Assembly: GCA_963843575.1 (NCBI GenBank)
Contig: CAWJKZ010000019.1
Coordinates: 288,001 to 352,000 of the forward strand
Source of the DNA: an uncultured Acidobacteriota bacterium
GTDB lineage: Bacteria; Acidobacteriota; UBA6911
Direction: 5' to 3'
Length of the DNA stretch: 64,000 nt
In this document: positions 54,019-64,000 of the stretch, piece after piece
How the letters are laid out: each line of letters starts with the position of its first letter
How positions within the stretch are numbered: position 1 is the first letter of the stretch
Translations under genes and position numbers: made by a program
The notes under the pieces: generated by a model
What the model was told of the DNA's origin: nothing
The model's input: only the letters and a program-made list of their open reading frames with translations
Databases searched by the model: none

Positions 54019-54084
54019 TGAGCTCTTTTGACCACACCGGCGAGCAATACTGAACTGACGAGTGCTGCGTCCCGAGGGTATAAA
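54019..54084 (+). promoter_or_regulatory. Island promoter motif copy P16
   Basis: TGAGCTCTTTTGACC-N7-CGAGCAATACTGAAC/TGACG-N18-TATAAA. Confidence 0.85.
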
Positions 54085-54193
54085 TATAGAGCTTCCAGCC
54101 TACATCTGGAGGACGGGCGGCCTGTCGACGGATCTTCTTTTCATCCTCTGGATCCCGAACTATCGGTGTGAGGTGTCGCGAAAGGAGGGAATT

Positions 54194-54334
54194 GTGTCGC
54201 AAAACCATGGAGACAAAGCCAGGTTTGCCAAACAACGGCAAAGCAAGGTTCTCAGGCGGAAGCATATTCGAGAATGGACGAAGGCACTGAAGCTCGAAAA
54301 CATAGCGAGGACGATTCAGGCCGAGCCCCAGTAG
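54194..54334 (+). CDS. 46-aa basic microprotein
   Basis: AAGGAGG RBS then GTG: MSQNHGDKARFAKQRQSKVLRRKHIREWTKALKLENIARTIQAEPQ*; first ORF after P16. Confidence 0.65.
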   Translation: MSQNHGDKARFAKQRQSKVLRRKHIREWTKALKLENIARTIQAEPQ

Positions 54335-54418
54335 GCGGGGGACTGCGGTCCAATGCCCGGCGCTCGGACGCACGTCGTTTTTGACGCGTCGTGAGGTCAC
54401 ATCGTAAGGAGGCCCCCA

Positions 54419-55108
54419 ATGATTAATGCTCGAGGTTTCTTGATCTCCATTATTTTGACCGTGCTTGCCACGCCTTTGATTTATGCTCAAGACCTTTCGA
54501 GCTACCGGGGGTTCCAACTGGGAATGAACCTGCTCGCGGTGGCCAAACAGGCGAACGTGAAACCCTCGGAGGCCAAGGTGATTTACCAGCGGCCCGCGGT
54601 CATTCAGGAACTGGAATGGCTGCCGCAGGGCTCCTACGGTGCTCCCGTTCAAGGGGATCCGGTCAAGGAGGTTCTGTTCAGCTTCTATAACGGCGAGCTC
54701 TATCGAATTGTGGTCAATTACGATCAGGACAGGACCCAGGGCCTGACCGACGCGGACATGATCGAAGGCATTTCGACAAAGTACGGAACGCCAATCACCC
54801 CTGTTGCTGAGATCATCAGTTCTTCTCCGTCGCAAGTCTACAGCGACAGCGAAAAGGTCATAGCGCGATGGGAAGACACGAACTACTCGCTCAATCTCTT
54901 CCGTTTCTCTTACGGGCTTGCCCCGGGAATGCTGGTTTTCTCCAAACGGCTGGATGCCCTTGCCCAGGTAGCCATCACCCAGGCGATTCGTATGAACGAA
55001 CAAGAGGCGCCACAACGGGAGGTTGACCGTTTGAAAAAGCAGGATCAGGAGAAGAATGCCGCGGGGCAGAAGGTCAGGCCGGCGAACAAGGCGAATTTTC
55101 GTCCCTGA
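54419..55108 (+). CDS. Secreted hypothetical protein
   Basis: TAAGGAGG RBS; signal peptide ending IYA-QD; 229 aa. Confidence 0.75.
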   Translation: MINARGFLISIILTVLATPLIYAQDLSSYRGFQLGMNLLAVAKQANVKPSEAKVIYQRPAVIQELEWLPQGSYGAPVQGDPVKEVLFSFYNGELYRIVVNYDQDRTQGLTDADMIEGISTKYGTPITPVAEIISSSPSQVYSDSEKVIARWEDTNYSLNLFRFSYGLAPGMLVFSKRLDALAQVAITQAIRMNEQEAPQREVDRLKKQDQEKNAAGQKVRPANKANFRP

Positions 55109-55254
55109 TGGCACCTGTCCGTTTCAGTGATAATGACAACCTGATTGCGGCGGTTCGGCGCTGCTCCTGAACGCCATCAGCCGGGGTCGGGAATCGGCAG
55201 AGAATTTTGGTGGAAACACCGCTAACGTAGTTTCATAGGAATGGAGACTTGGGA

Positions 55255-55551
55255 ATGAAAACGAGACCATTGCACGATCGGGTACTTTTGAGGCGGATTG
55301 AAGAGAAGGAAGAGGTCAAGGGCGGGATCATCATTCCGGACACGGCGAAAGAGAAACCGATGGAAGGAGAGGTGATATCGGTAGGCCCGGGAAAGATCAT
55401 GGAAGACGGCAAGCGGTCGCCAATGGACGTGAAGGCAGGAGATCGGGTGCTGTTCGGGAAGTACGCGGGGACGGAGATCAAGATTGATGACAAGGAGTAC
55501 ATCATCATGCGGGAGGAAGAGCTCCTCGCGGTACTCAAGAAGGAGAAGTAG
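55255..55551 (+). CDS. groES: Co-chaperonin GroES
   Basis: 'RPLHDRV', '[13 protein letters not shown]' and '[13 protein letters not shown]'. Confidence 0.96.
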   Translation: MKTRPLHDRVLLRRIEEKEEVKGGIIIPDTAKEKPMEGEVISVGPGKIMEDGKRSPMDVKAGDRVLFGKYAGTEIKIDDKEYIIMREEELLAVLKKEK

Positions 55552-55600
55552 ACGCTTCTGCAGCACCGGGAAGTCAAATCGAAGGGAAGATAAGGAGTGA

Positions 55601-57232
<1,632 letters not shown>

Positions 57233-57292
57233 ACCGGTCGCGAAGCACCAGGGGCGCCAGGCGTTTTTTCGCTCGAGCTGAAACAGCCGCGG

Positions 57293-58226
57293 TCATTCGC
57301 TCGCCCTGAGCAATCCCTGGTGCCGCAGCCAGTTGGCACAAGCCTGCGTCCAGGTGGAGCATGGATGGTCGCTTGGGCGGACACCGAAGTCGTGGGCGGC
57401 CGTTGCGTAGACGTGCAACTCCGCCGGGATGCCGGCTCGCTTCAGGGCCAGGTACATGACCACGCTGTGATCGGGGTCGCTGATGATGTCGTCCCCGCCG
57501 TGCACCAGAAAGATCGGGGCTGTTCCCGGCCGGGATGCGCAGGCCGGGAGCGAGCTCATCCTTGTCCTTGGCCTTCAGATAGCCCGAATAGCACAGGATG
57601 GCGAAATCGGGCCGGCAACTGATCTTGTCGATGTCGTCGACCGGCTCGTAGGTCCGCTTCTCGAAGCCGATGGCCGTCGCCAGGGCCAGATGTCCGCCCG
57701 CCGAGAAGCCGACGATGCCGATTCGCTGCGGGTCGATTCCCCACTCCTCGGCCTTGCTCCGCACCAGGCTGACGGCCCGCTGGGCATCCTGGAGCGGGCG
57801 CCGCGCCGGCTCGCCCTTGGGCTCATCGGGCCGGCGCGGCACCCGGTACTTGAGGATGATGCCGGTCACGCCCAGCGAATTCAGCCAGGCAGCGACCTCC
57901 TCGCCTTCCAGTTGCCAGTAGAGGTTCCAGTAGCCGCCCCCGGGACAGATCAGCACCGCGGTCCCGGTGTCCTTGTCCTTCGCCGGCCGATAGATCGTGA
58001 TGGTCGGTCTGCTGACGTTGGTCACCATCCTGGTCGGCTCCGTGACCTCGACCTGCTTGCGGTCCAGCTTCGGCGACATCACGACCTTCTCCTCGCCGAT
58101 GTTGCCGACCTCATCCGGGACCTGGCCCGGCCAGAGCTCCACGACCAGCGGCTTGTCCTGCGCGAGCACCGGTCCGCCGGTACACAAGCCGGCGATGATC
58201 AAGAGCCGCGATGCCAATCGCCTCAT
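57293..58226 (-). CDS. Secreted alpha/beta hydrolase (xylan esterase-like); frameshift near 57525
   Basis: 'ICPGGGY' and 'GFSAGGHL'; C-terminal 'PIFLVHG.DD...HDFG' lies in the 57293..57559 frame. Confidence 0.85.
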
Positions 58227-58249
58227 GGTGCCCCCTTCGTTGACGGAGA

Positions 58250-58303
58250 TCATCGTCGAGGAGCGGCAACGCCCCAGATGTGAAATGATTCTTGCGCGAG
58301 CCC
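58250..58303. mobile_element. Isolated MITE end
   Basis: The reverse complement of 58279-58303 matches 51636-51660 with 1 mismatch; TAA follows. The adjacent ATCGTCGAGGAGCGGCAACGCC matches the interior of the 702-973 MITE. Confidence 0.7.
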
Positions 58304-58380
58304 TAAGCCCACCGCGAGAGCAATGGACCGAGGATACAGCAGCCCCAGACCTCGGTCAACGATTGCACTGCTGCTCGAGG

Positions 58381-58457
58381 ACGCGGATCAACGCGGAGAA
58401 ACGCGGATCAGAACTGACGATCCGACCTGCCGGCGTTTATCGGTTTTCATCCGCGTG
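58381..58457. repeat. ACGCGGA 10-bp periodic repeat with distal ATCCGCGT (copy D)
   Basis: ACGCGGATCA ACGCGGAGAA ACGCGGATCA ... ATCCGCGTG. Confidence 0.6.
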
Positions 58458-58591
58458 CCACCATGCTTTTCCGCTGCTACCAGGCGCCCCGGTCAGGAAA
58501 CCTGGTGAAATCCTGCCGGAGTTGTTTATAGTGGGCGGACGGAAGGCGCCCGACCTGCGCCCGATTGCGCGCTCAAGAAGCGGGGAACACC

Positions 58592-60640
58592 ATGAAAAGT
58601 CGTGCGTTGATCTTCGTGATTGCGTTCGGGGCGAGCGTCGTTGCGCAGGACGTGCCCCGGGCCAAGTGGATTGAAGGCGGACTCATCGATGCGGGAGGCA
58701 CGCACGAACCCACGATCTTCGTGGTCCGACGCGGCGGGCAACGGCTCGATGCGCGCGAGCAGAACGACCTCGCCGAGAGTGAAGACACGTTGCGCCGGCT
58801 GAAGGAGCAGGGCGTCGAAGTCTTTCACACCCATCTCTACAAGGGCTTCGGCATGGCGGCCGAGAGGCCCGGTATGGAGCAGACCAGACACACGGCGGAA
58901 ATCGCACACCGTCTCGGCCTCAAGGTCGACACGTACATCCAGTGGAACACCATGATGTACGAGACCTTTTTCGCCGAGGAGCCGCGGGCCCAAAACTGGA
59001 TCCAGCGCGACGCGCGCGGCCGGCCCATTCTGCTGACCTACGGATATCAGCAGTCCTACCGCTATCGCCCCTGCTTCGCAAACCAAGAGTACCTAGATTA
59101 CCTCAAGAAAATAGTCCGATACGCGGTCGAGGACGTCAAAACCGACTTCATTCATTTCGACAACTTCGACCTCAATCCCGAGCCCGACTCCTGTCACGAC
59201 GAGGCCTGCACGCGCGGATTCCGCGCGTACCTGAAGCAGAAGTACACGCCGGCGGAACGGACAGAACGCCTTGGGTTCGAGAACGTCGACTTCGTCAATC
59301 CGCCCGAGTGGAACGAGCCCAACCCGCCGGCGCGGATGCAGGTGATCTACGATCCCGTCATTCAGGAGTGGATCGACTATCGCTGCCAGGTCATGGCAGA
59401 CGCCCTGCGGCAGATGGCGGTTTATGCCAAGTCCCTGAATTCGGAAGTTGTGATCGAGGTTAACCCGCACGGCATCACCGGGGGCAACCGGGCCTGGGAA
59501 GCAGGGATCGATCACTCTCGCATTCTCAAGTCGACCCAGGCTTTCTGGACCGAGGAATCGGTCGATCCCGGTTTTGCCCCCGATGGACGGCTGCTTTCAC
59601 ACATCCGGAGCTACAAGCTGGCGCGGACCTATCGGAATGTGCTGATGACCTACATCTCCGACAATCCGGTCGCGATGGCGGAGGCGCTGGCGTTCAATCA
59701 GACCATTGGGTTCGCGGGCACCGCCCCGTTGCGCGCCGAGATGCTGCGCTACATCGACTTTTACAGGAGGAATCGGGAGCTGTTCACGGGCTCGCAGGAC
59801 CTGGCGAACGTCGCGGTCCTGCGTTCTTATCCGTCGATTACCTACAACCAGCGGAACGTCCAGCTCGCGACTATCCTGGTCGAGCAGGCGCTGATTCAGG
59901 GACGGATTCCCTTCGACCTGATCTTCGATGAGCACCTCGCGGACCTCGCGAAATACAAGGTACTGGTACTGCCCGACACGGAATGCCTCAGCGACGCGCA
60001 ACTGGCGTCGATCCGGAAGTTCGTCGCCGGCGGGGGAGGGCTGGCGGCCACGGGGCTGGCGGGTCGCTATGACCAGTGGCGGAGATTGCGTGTCGTGCCG
60101 GGCTTGAACGGGTTGATCGACGGCCAGCCTGCGGCGCGGGACTACGAAGAAGAGGTGGCGTCGGCCGAGGTCGGAGGCGCACCGGTGCGCAAGGAGTTTG
60201 AGAAGGGGCGCGTCGTCTATATCCCGGCGGTTCGCTTCGACGGCAAGCTCCCGGAGTTCGGCAAATATTTCCAGGTCGATCCCCGTTTCTGGAAGCTGCC
60301 GAAGAATGCCGGGGACATCACGGACGGCGTGCGGTGGGCAGCCCGGGGCGACATCCCGATGGAGGTGAGCGGACCGTCGTACCTGGTGGCGAACGCGGTC
60401 GAACAGCCCCAAAAGCGTAGCCTGATCGTGCACCTCGTAAACTACAATGCCGGGAAGGCGCCCCTGCCGGATCCGGTCGGGATCACGTGCCGGATTCCGG
60501 CGGGCCAAAAGGCCAAGGGACTCCGGGTCTACTCGCCGGACGCGGCCGGGCCCCGGTCGGTCGAGATGAAGAGCGAGGGTTCGAAGGTCAGCTTTACCGT
60601 TGCAGTGAAGACCTATTCCGTGGCGGTGATAGAGTGGTGA
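58592..60640 (+). CDS. Secreted glycoside-hydrolase-like protein with beta-galactosidase trimerisation-type domain
   Basis: Signal peptide; TIM-barrel-like region ('PCFAN..Y', 'DFIHFDN'); 'YKVLVLPDTECLSD...FVAGGGGL' and 'IVHLVNY'. Confidence 0.7.
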   Translation: MKSRALIFVIAFGASVVAQDVPRAKWIEGGLIDAGGTHEPTIFVVRRGGQRLDAREQNDLAESEDTLRRLKEQGVEVFHTHLYKGFGMAAERPGMEQTRHTAEIAHRLGLKVDTYIQWNTMMYETFFAEEPRAQNWIQRDARGRPILLTYGYQQSYRYRPCFANQEYLDYLKKIVRYAVEDVKTDFIHFDNFDLNPEPDSCHDEACTRGFRAYLKQKYTPAERTERLGFENVDFVNPPEWNEPNPPARMQVIYDPVIQEWIDYRCQVMADALRQMAVYAKSLNSEVVIEVNPHGITGGNRAWEAGIDHSRILKSTQAFWTEESVDPGFAPDGRLLSHIRSYKLARTYRNVLMTYISDNPVAMAEALAFNQTIGFAGTAPLRAEMLRYIDFYRRNRELFTGSQDLANVAVLRSYPSITYNQRNVQLATILVEQALIQGRIPFDLIFDEHLADLAKYKVLVLPDTECLSDAQLASIRKFVAGGGGLAATGLAGRYDQWRRLRVVPGLNGLIDGQPAARDYEEEVASAEVGGAPVRKEFEKGRVVYIPAVRFDGKLPEFGKYFQVDPRFWKLPKNAGDITDGVRWAARGDIPMEVSGPSYLVANAVEQPQKRSLIVHLVNYNAGKAPLPDPVGITCRIPAGQKAKGLRVYSPDAAGPRSVEMKSEGSKVSFTVAVKTYSVAVIEW

Positions 60641-61905
60641 ACTGGATATTGCGTTTGCTCGCGATCCTGCTGCTTCTCGCGCCGGCAGCCATGCCCGCGT
60701 CGCAGACCGTTCGTGTGGATCACCGGGTTTTTTCCGGCCTGCACGAGATGGACGGCAACTGGGCGGCGCTTTATGCGGCGAGTGACGGGAAGGTTTATGC
60801 CGGACTGGCCTATCACGGCGGTGACGGCCACCTGGTCTACTATGATTCGAAGACGGACCGGCTGCACGATGTCGGGAACCTGACCGAGCTGTGCGGCGAG
60901 TCTGAAGTGAGACGTGGTCCGCAGTCCAAGATTCACGCCAAGTTCGGCGAAGGCAAGGACGGGCGTATCTACTTCGGGACGCACGCCGGCTTGTGGTGGA
61001 ACTACGCGCGCTTCGCCACGAAAGAGGGATACCCAGGCGCGCACTGGATGGCCTTCGACCCGAAGTCCGGCCGTGTCGAGGACTTCGGGCTGGGCGCCAG
61101 AAACGAAGGGATCAACACCGGCGCGTATGATCCGTTGTTCAACCGCATCTACGGCCTCACGCACCCGCGTGGCCACTTCGTGTACTACGACGTCGCCGCG
61201 CGCCGCGCCGTCGACAAGGGGCGCATCAACAACTTCGAGTCGATCTGCCGCACGCTCGGGATCGACGACGAGGGTAACGTGTACGGCAGTTTCGGACAGG
61301 GCGAGGTGTTTCGCTACAATCCCCGTGCGGACGAGATCGAGGAGCTCCCGGTGCGGCTTCCCATCCGCGCGAAAGGGACGTCGCTCGGGCGCGACTACCT
61401 GAAGTCCGAGACCGCCTGGCGCACGGTGGTGTGGGACCGGCCAACGCGCCAGTTCTTTGGCGTGGAGGAAAGCGCCACCATCCTCTTTTCGTTCAATCCC
61501 CGCAACAATGAGGTGCGCCGTCTCGGGCAGCTGTCGATCCCCGCGTTCGACGAGAGCCGTGACATACCCTACGCGACCTTGAGCCTGGCGCTCGGCCACG
61601 ACAGGAAGCTCTATTACGGTGCGGCGGGGCGCGAATTCGATTACGGCGGAAGCGCAGAGGCGGCGACCTCGCACCTGATCACCTGGGACCTGGACTCCGG
61701 TCGCAGAGAAGACCTGGGCGAAATGCTGCTGGCGGACGGCAGGCGGGTCCTCGGCACCAACGCGGCCGATACCGGCCCGGACGGAACGATCTACCTGGTC
61801 GGCGCCATAGAAGTGCGGCCTGAAGCGGGGAAACCCTTGGAGGCTGCAGGAAAGGTCGGCGGCGTGTACTACCGGCTTGCGCTGCTCATCTATCGAGGGC
61901 GGTGA
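60637..61905 (+). CDS. Secreted beta-propeller protein
   Basis: GTGA overlap with the upstream stop; signal peptide; repeated 'DGKVYAG', 'DGRIYFG' and 'YD....' blades. Confidence 0.72.
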   Translation: MNWILRLLAILLLLAPAAMPASQTVRVDHRVFSGLHEMDGNWAALYAASDGKVYAGLAYHGGDGHLVYYDSKTDRLHDVGNLTELCGESEVRRGPQSKIHAKFGEGKDGRIYFGTHAGLWWNYARFATKEGYPGAHWMAFDPKSGRVEDFGLGARNEGINTGAYDPLFNRIYGLTHPRGHFVYYDVAARRAVDKGRINNFESICRTLGIDDEGNVYGSFGQGEVFRYNPRADEIEELPVRLPIRAKGTSLGRDYLKSETAWRTVVWDRPTRQFFGVEESATILFSFNPRNNEVRRLGQLSIPAFDESRDIPYATLSLALGHDRKLYYGAAGREFDYGGSAEAATSHLITWDLDSGRREDLGEMLLADGRRVLGTNAADTGPDGTIYLVGAIEVRPEAGKPLEAAGKVGGVYYRLALLIYRGR

Positions 61906-61909
61906 TGCC

Positions 61910-63085
61910 ATGCTGAAGCTGCGGAGGTGCCACTGGCGGCTCGGACTGCTGATCGTTCTGTGCTCGCGGCCGGCCGCGGCACAACGGGAGCCCGGATACG
62001 ATCACTCGGTGGTCAAGCAGGTGCGGATCGATCTGCGCGACCTGGGGTACCCCCCGGTGGATGTTATCCCGGCAGACGAATCCGCCATCCGGGCGCTGGC
62101 GGTCGCGCCGGATGGCACCCTCTATGGCGCTACGAGCGGGAGACGCAGCCATTTGTTCCAACTCGATCCGGTGCACGGGTACGTGCTTCCGCTCGGGTTT
62201 TTCGAGGGTGTATCGGCGGTGGAAGGGGCGCTCGTGATCTCGCGCACCGGCGACGTCTATGTCGGAACCGTGCCGGGCGGGCACCTGTTGAAGTATGCGC
62301 GGCCGAGGCCCGGGTCCGAGGCCGTGCCGCAGGTGCTGAAGCCGTTGCCGGTAGTCGATCTGGGCGCACCGCTTGCCGGCGACAGCATCTCGGCGCTGGC
62401 GATCGATCGCGAGCGCGATACGATCTACGGCCTGACCAGGCCCAACGGAGCCTTTTTCAGCTATGCCATCGACGGCGGACGCTTCGCCGTGCACGGCAAG
62501 GTCGCCGAACACGACATGCCGGGTGAGAAGTTCGAAGCCGGGAAGAACATCGGTCGGGCGATCGCAGTCGATGCAGACGGCAACGCCTTCACCTCCGGCG
62601 AGGGCGGGTCGCTGTTCCGGTACTCCAGCTCCTCCGGTTCACTGCTCAAGCTGGAGGTCACGGTGCCGGGGGTGCCCGGTCGGGAACCCTACAACCGTGT
62701 GGATGCGTGGGCGGTGGGGAGTGACGGGGCCATCCTCTACGGAGGCTCTTCCGACGGCTACCTGTTTCGGCTTGACCCCCGGGAGCTGCGCGTCCGGAAC
62801 CTCGGCAAGCCGCTCAACCGGTATCGCATCCGCGCGCTGGTGCTGGCCCGGAACGGAAAGCTCTACGGCGTGGGCGGCGACGACGACGAAATGGCGCAAC
62901 TCTTCGGTTACGACCCGGCGGGCGGGACCTATGAACTCCTGGGAATGATCGATGTGAACCGCCGCCCCTACTATTCCTGGCAGGCCTACGTCATCGACTG
63001 CGCCGCACTCGGAAGCGACGGCATCGTTTACCTCGGGCAAAGCGAGCGCAAGTCGAGACTCTACCTCTACTACCCCGAACCCTGA
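61910..63085 (+). CDS. Secreted beta-propeller protein
   Basis: Signal peptide; repeated 'PDGTLYG', 'GDVYVG', 'NGKLYG' and 'DGIVYLG' blades. Confidence 0.72.
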   Translation: MLKLRRCHWRLGLLIVLCSRPAAAQREPGYDHSVVKQVRIDLRDLGYPPVDVIPADESAIRALAVAPDGTLYGATSGRRSHLFQLDPVHGYVLPLGFFEGVSAVEGALVISRTGDVYVGTVPGGHLLKYARPRPGSEAVPQVLKPLPVVDLGAPLAGDSISALAIDRERDTIYGLTRPNGAFFSYAIDGGRFAVHGKVAEHDMPGEKFEAGKNIGRAIAVDADGNAFTSGEGGSLFRYSSSSGSLLKLEVTVPGVPGREPYNRVDAWAVGSDGAILYGGSSDGYLFRLDPRELRVRNLGKPLNRYRIRALVLARNGKLYGVGGDDDEMAQLFGYDPAGGTYELLGMIDVNRRPYYSWQAYVIDCAALGSDGIVYLGQSERKSRLYLYYPEP

Positions 63086-63098
63086 CCGGACGGGTCCA

Positions 63099-63200
63099 CA
63101 ACACGGGCGATGAAAGACAAAAGCCAAAACAGAACGCAGATTCCGCGCGCATCCGCGTCCTGAAAAATACGTTGGCGTATTTGTGAACATCGGTACTAAG
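63099..63200. repeat. ACGCGGAT-family element, internally deleted copy B
   Basis: Matches both ends of 34581-34723. The 3' end CGTATTTGTGAACATCGGTACTAAG matches 52103-52127 CGTATTTCTGAACACGAGTACTAAG. Confidence 0.75.
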
Positions 63201-63217
63201 TCCGCTGGGAAAGGCAA

Positions 63218-64000
63218 ATGGCCAAACGCTCGATCATGCCGCTTGCAGCTGAAACCTCGCCGGTCGCGGCGCCGAAGCATCTGCTGCGGGTGCTGGGCGT
63301 GAGTTTCGGGTTGGCCGTCACGATCGGCAATACGATCGGCATGGGCATCCTGAGGACGCCCGGGGAGGTCGCGACCCGCTTGCCCAACGCGTTTCTGTTC
63401 ATGGCCGTGTGGTTGGCAGGCGGAGTGTTCGCCTTGCTGTGCGTGCTGTCCATCGCGGAAATCGCCACCATGCTGCCGCGCTCCGGCGGCCATTACGTCT
63501 TCGCACATCACGCGTTCGGTGATTATCCCGGATTCCTCGCCGGCTGGGCCGACTGGCTTTCCACCTGTGGCGCCATGGCACTGGTCTCGATGACCGTCGG
63601 CGAGTATACGGGGCTGCTGTTTCCTCGGCTGCTCGGCTATGACAAGTATATTGCGACCACCGTGGTGGTGGTGTTCGCACTGCTTCAATGGCGCGGCATA
63701 CGCTGGGGGAGCGGGGCGCAGCAGATCACGGCGTTCTTCAAGACACTCGCATTTCTGGCGCTGGTGGCGGCGTGCTTCCTGTTCGCCGGTCGCACCGCAT
63801 CCACGGCTGATGCCGTCGCCAGAACTCCGGCGGGCTTGGGCTGGTTTGTCGCGATCGTCGTCTCGCTGGGTGCCGTCATCTACACCTACGACGGCTGGCA
63901 GGGAATCATCTATTTTTCGGAGGAGGTGCACAACCCGGCGCACGACATCCCCCGCTCGATGTTCGGGGGCGCGTGCGCGGTTATCATCATCTATGTGCTC
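63218..64000 (+). CDS. APC family amino-acid permease (runs off the window end)
   Basis: 'IGNTIGMGILRTPG', 'EIATMLPRSGGHY' and 'YTYDGW...FSEEVHNP'. Confidence 0.88.
   Translation, partial: MAKRSIMPLAAETSPVAAPKHLLRVLGVSFGLAVTIGNTIGMGILRTPGEVATRLPNAFLFMAVWLAGGVFALLCVLSIAEIATMLPRSGGHYVFAHHAFGDYPGFLAGWADWLSTCGAMALVSMTVGEYTGLLFPRLLGYDKYIATTVVVVFALLQWRGIRWGSGAQQITAFFKTLAFLALVAACFLFAGRTASTADAVARTPAGLGWFVAIVVSLGAVIYTYDGWQGIIYFSEEVHNPAHDIPRSMFGGACAVIIIYVL

Noticed and set aside
4200-54084. Dispersed motif read as CRISPR repeats, attC sites or a MITE
   Set aside because: Copies are kilobases apart, spacers are unconserved, there are no TIRs or TSDs and no cas or integrase gene, and the geometry to -35/-10 is fixed.

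Overview
GC-rich bacterial DNA, probably Acidobacteria (Bryobacterales/Solibacter-like; inferred from the VWA-sortase pair, the secreted-protein families and the Crp subtype). Many single-base frameshifts look like long-read assembly errors. About 1-57 kb is a mosaic general-stress/dormancy-type island. It carries dodecin, a PBP1A-like enzyme, MgtA, a Crp/Fnr regulator, kaiC-kaiB-kaiB plus a PAS histidine kinase, CsbD, lmo0937, DUF3185, PRC-barrel, cupin, YihY, a YqjD/holin-X/DUF3618 trio, a cyclic beta-1,2-glucan synthase, Hsp20, a Gln-rich repeat protein, SPFH, STAS, a desaturase, a B12 radical SAM enzyme, VWA plus sortase, and groES-groEL. The main observation is non-coding. One ~65-bp promoter architecture (TGAGCAATTTTGACC-N7-TGAGCAGTACTGAAC, overlapping a CTGACA -35 set 17-18 bp from a TATAAA-like -10) occurs 16 times between 4.2 and 54.1 kb on both strands. 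Every copy is intergenic and faces a gene start, which suggests a single regulon; the best local regulator candidate is the Crp protein beside the Kai cluster. Also seen: several microproteins missed by the ORF track, an LPKTA sortase substrate 28 kb from its sortase, MITE and palindromic repeat families, and a groEL 3'-end relic. From 58 to 64 kb the genes are ordinary carbohydrate/beta-propeller/permease genes without the motif. All family names come from motif recognition, not database searches.
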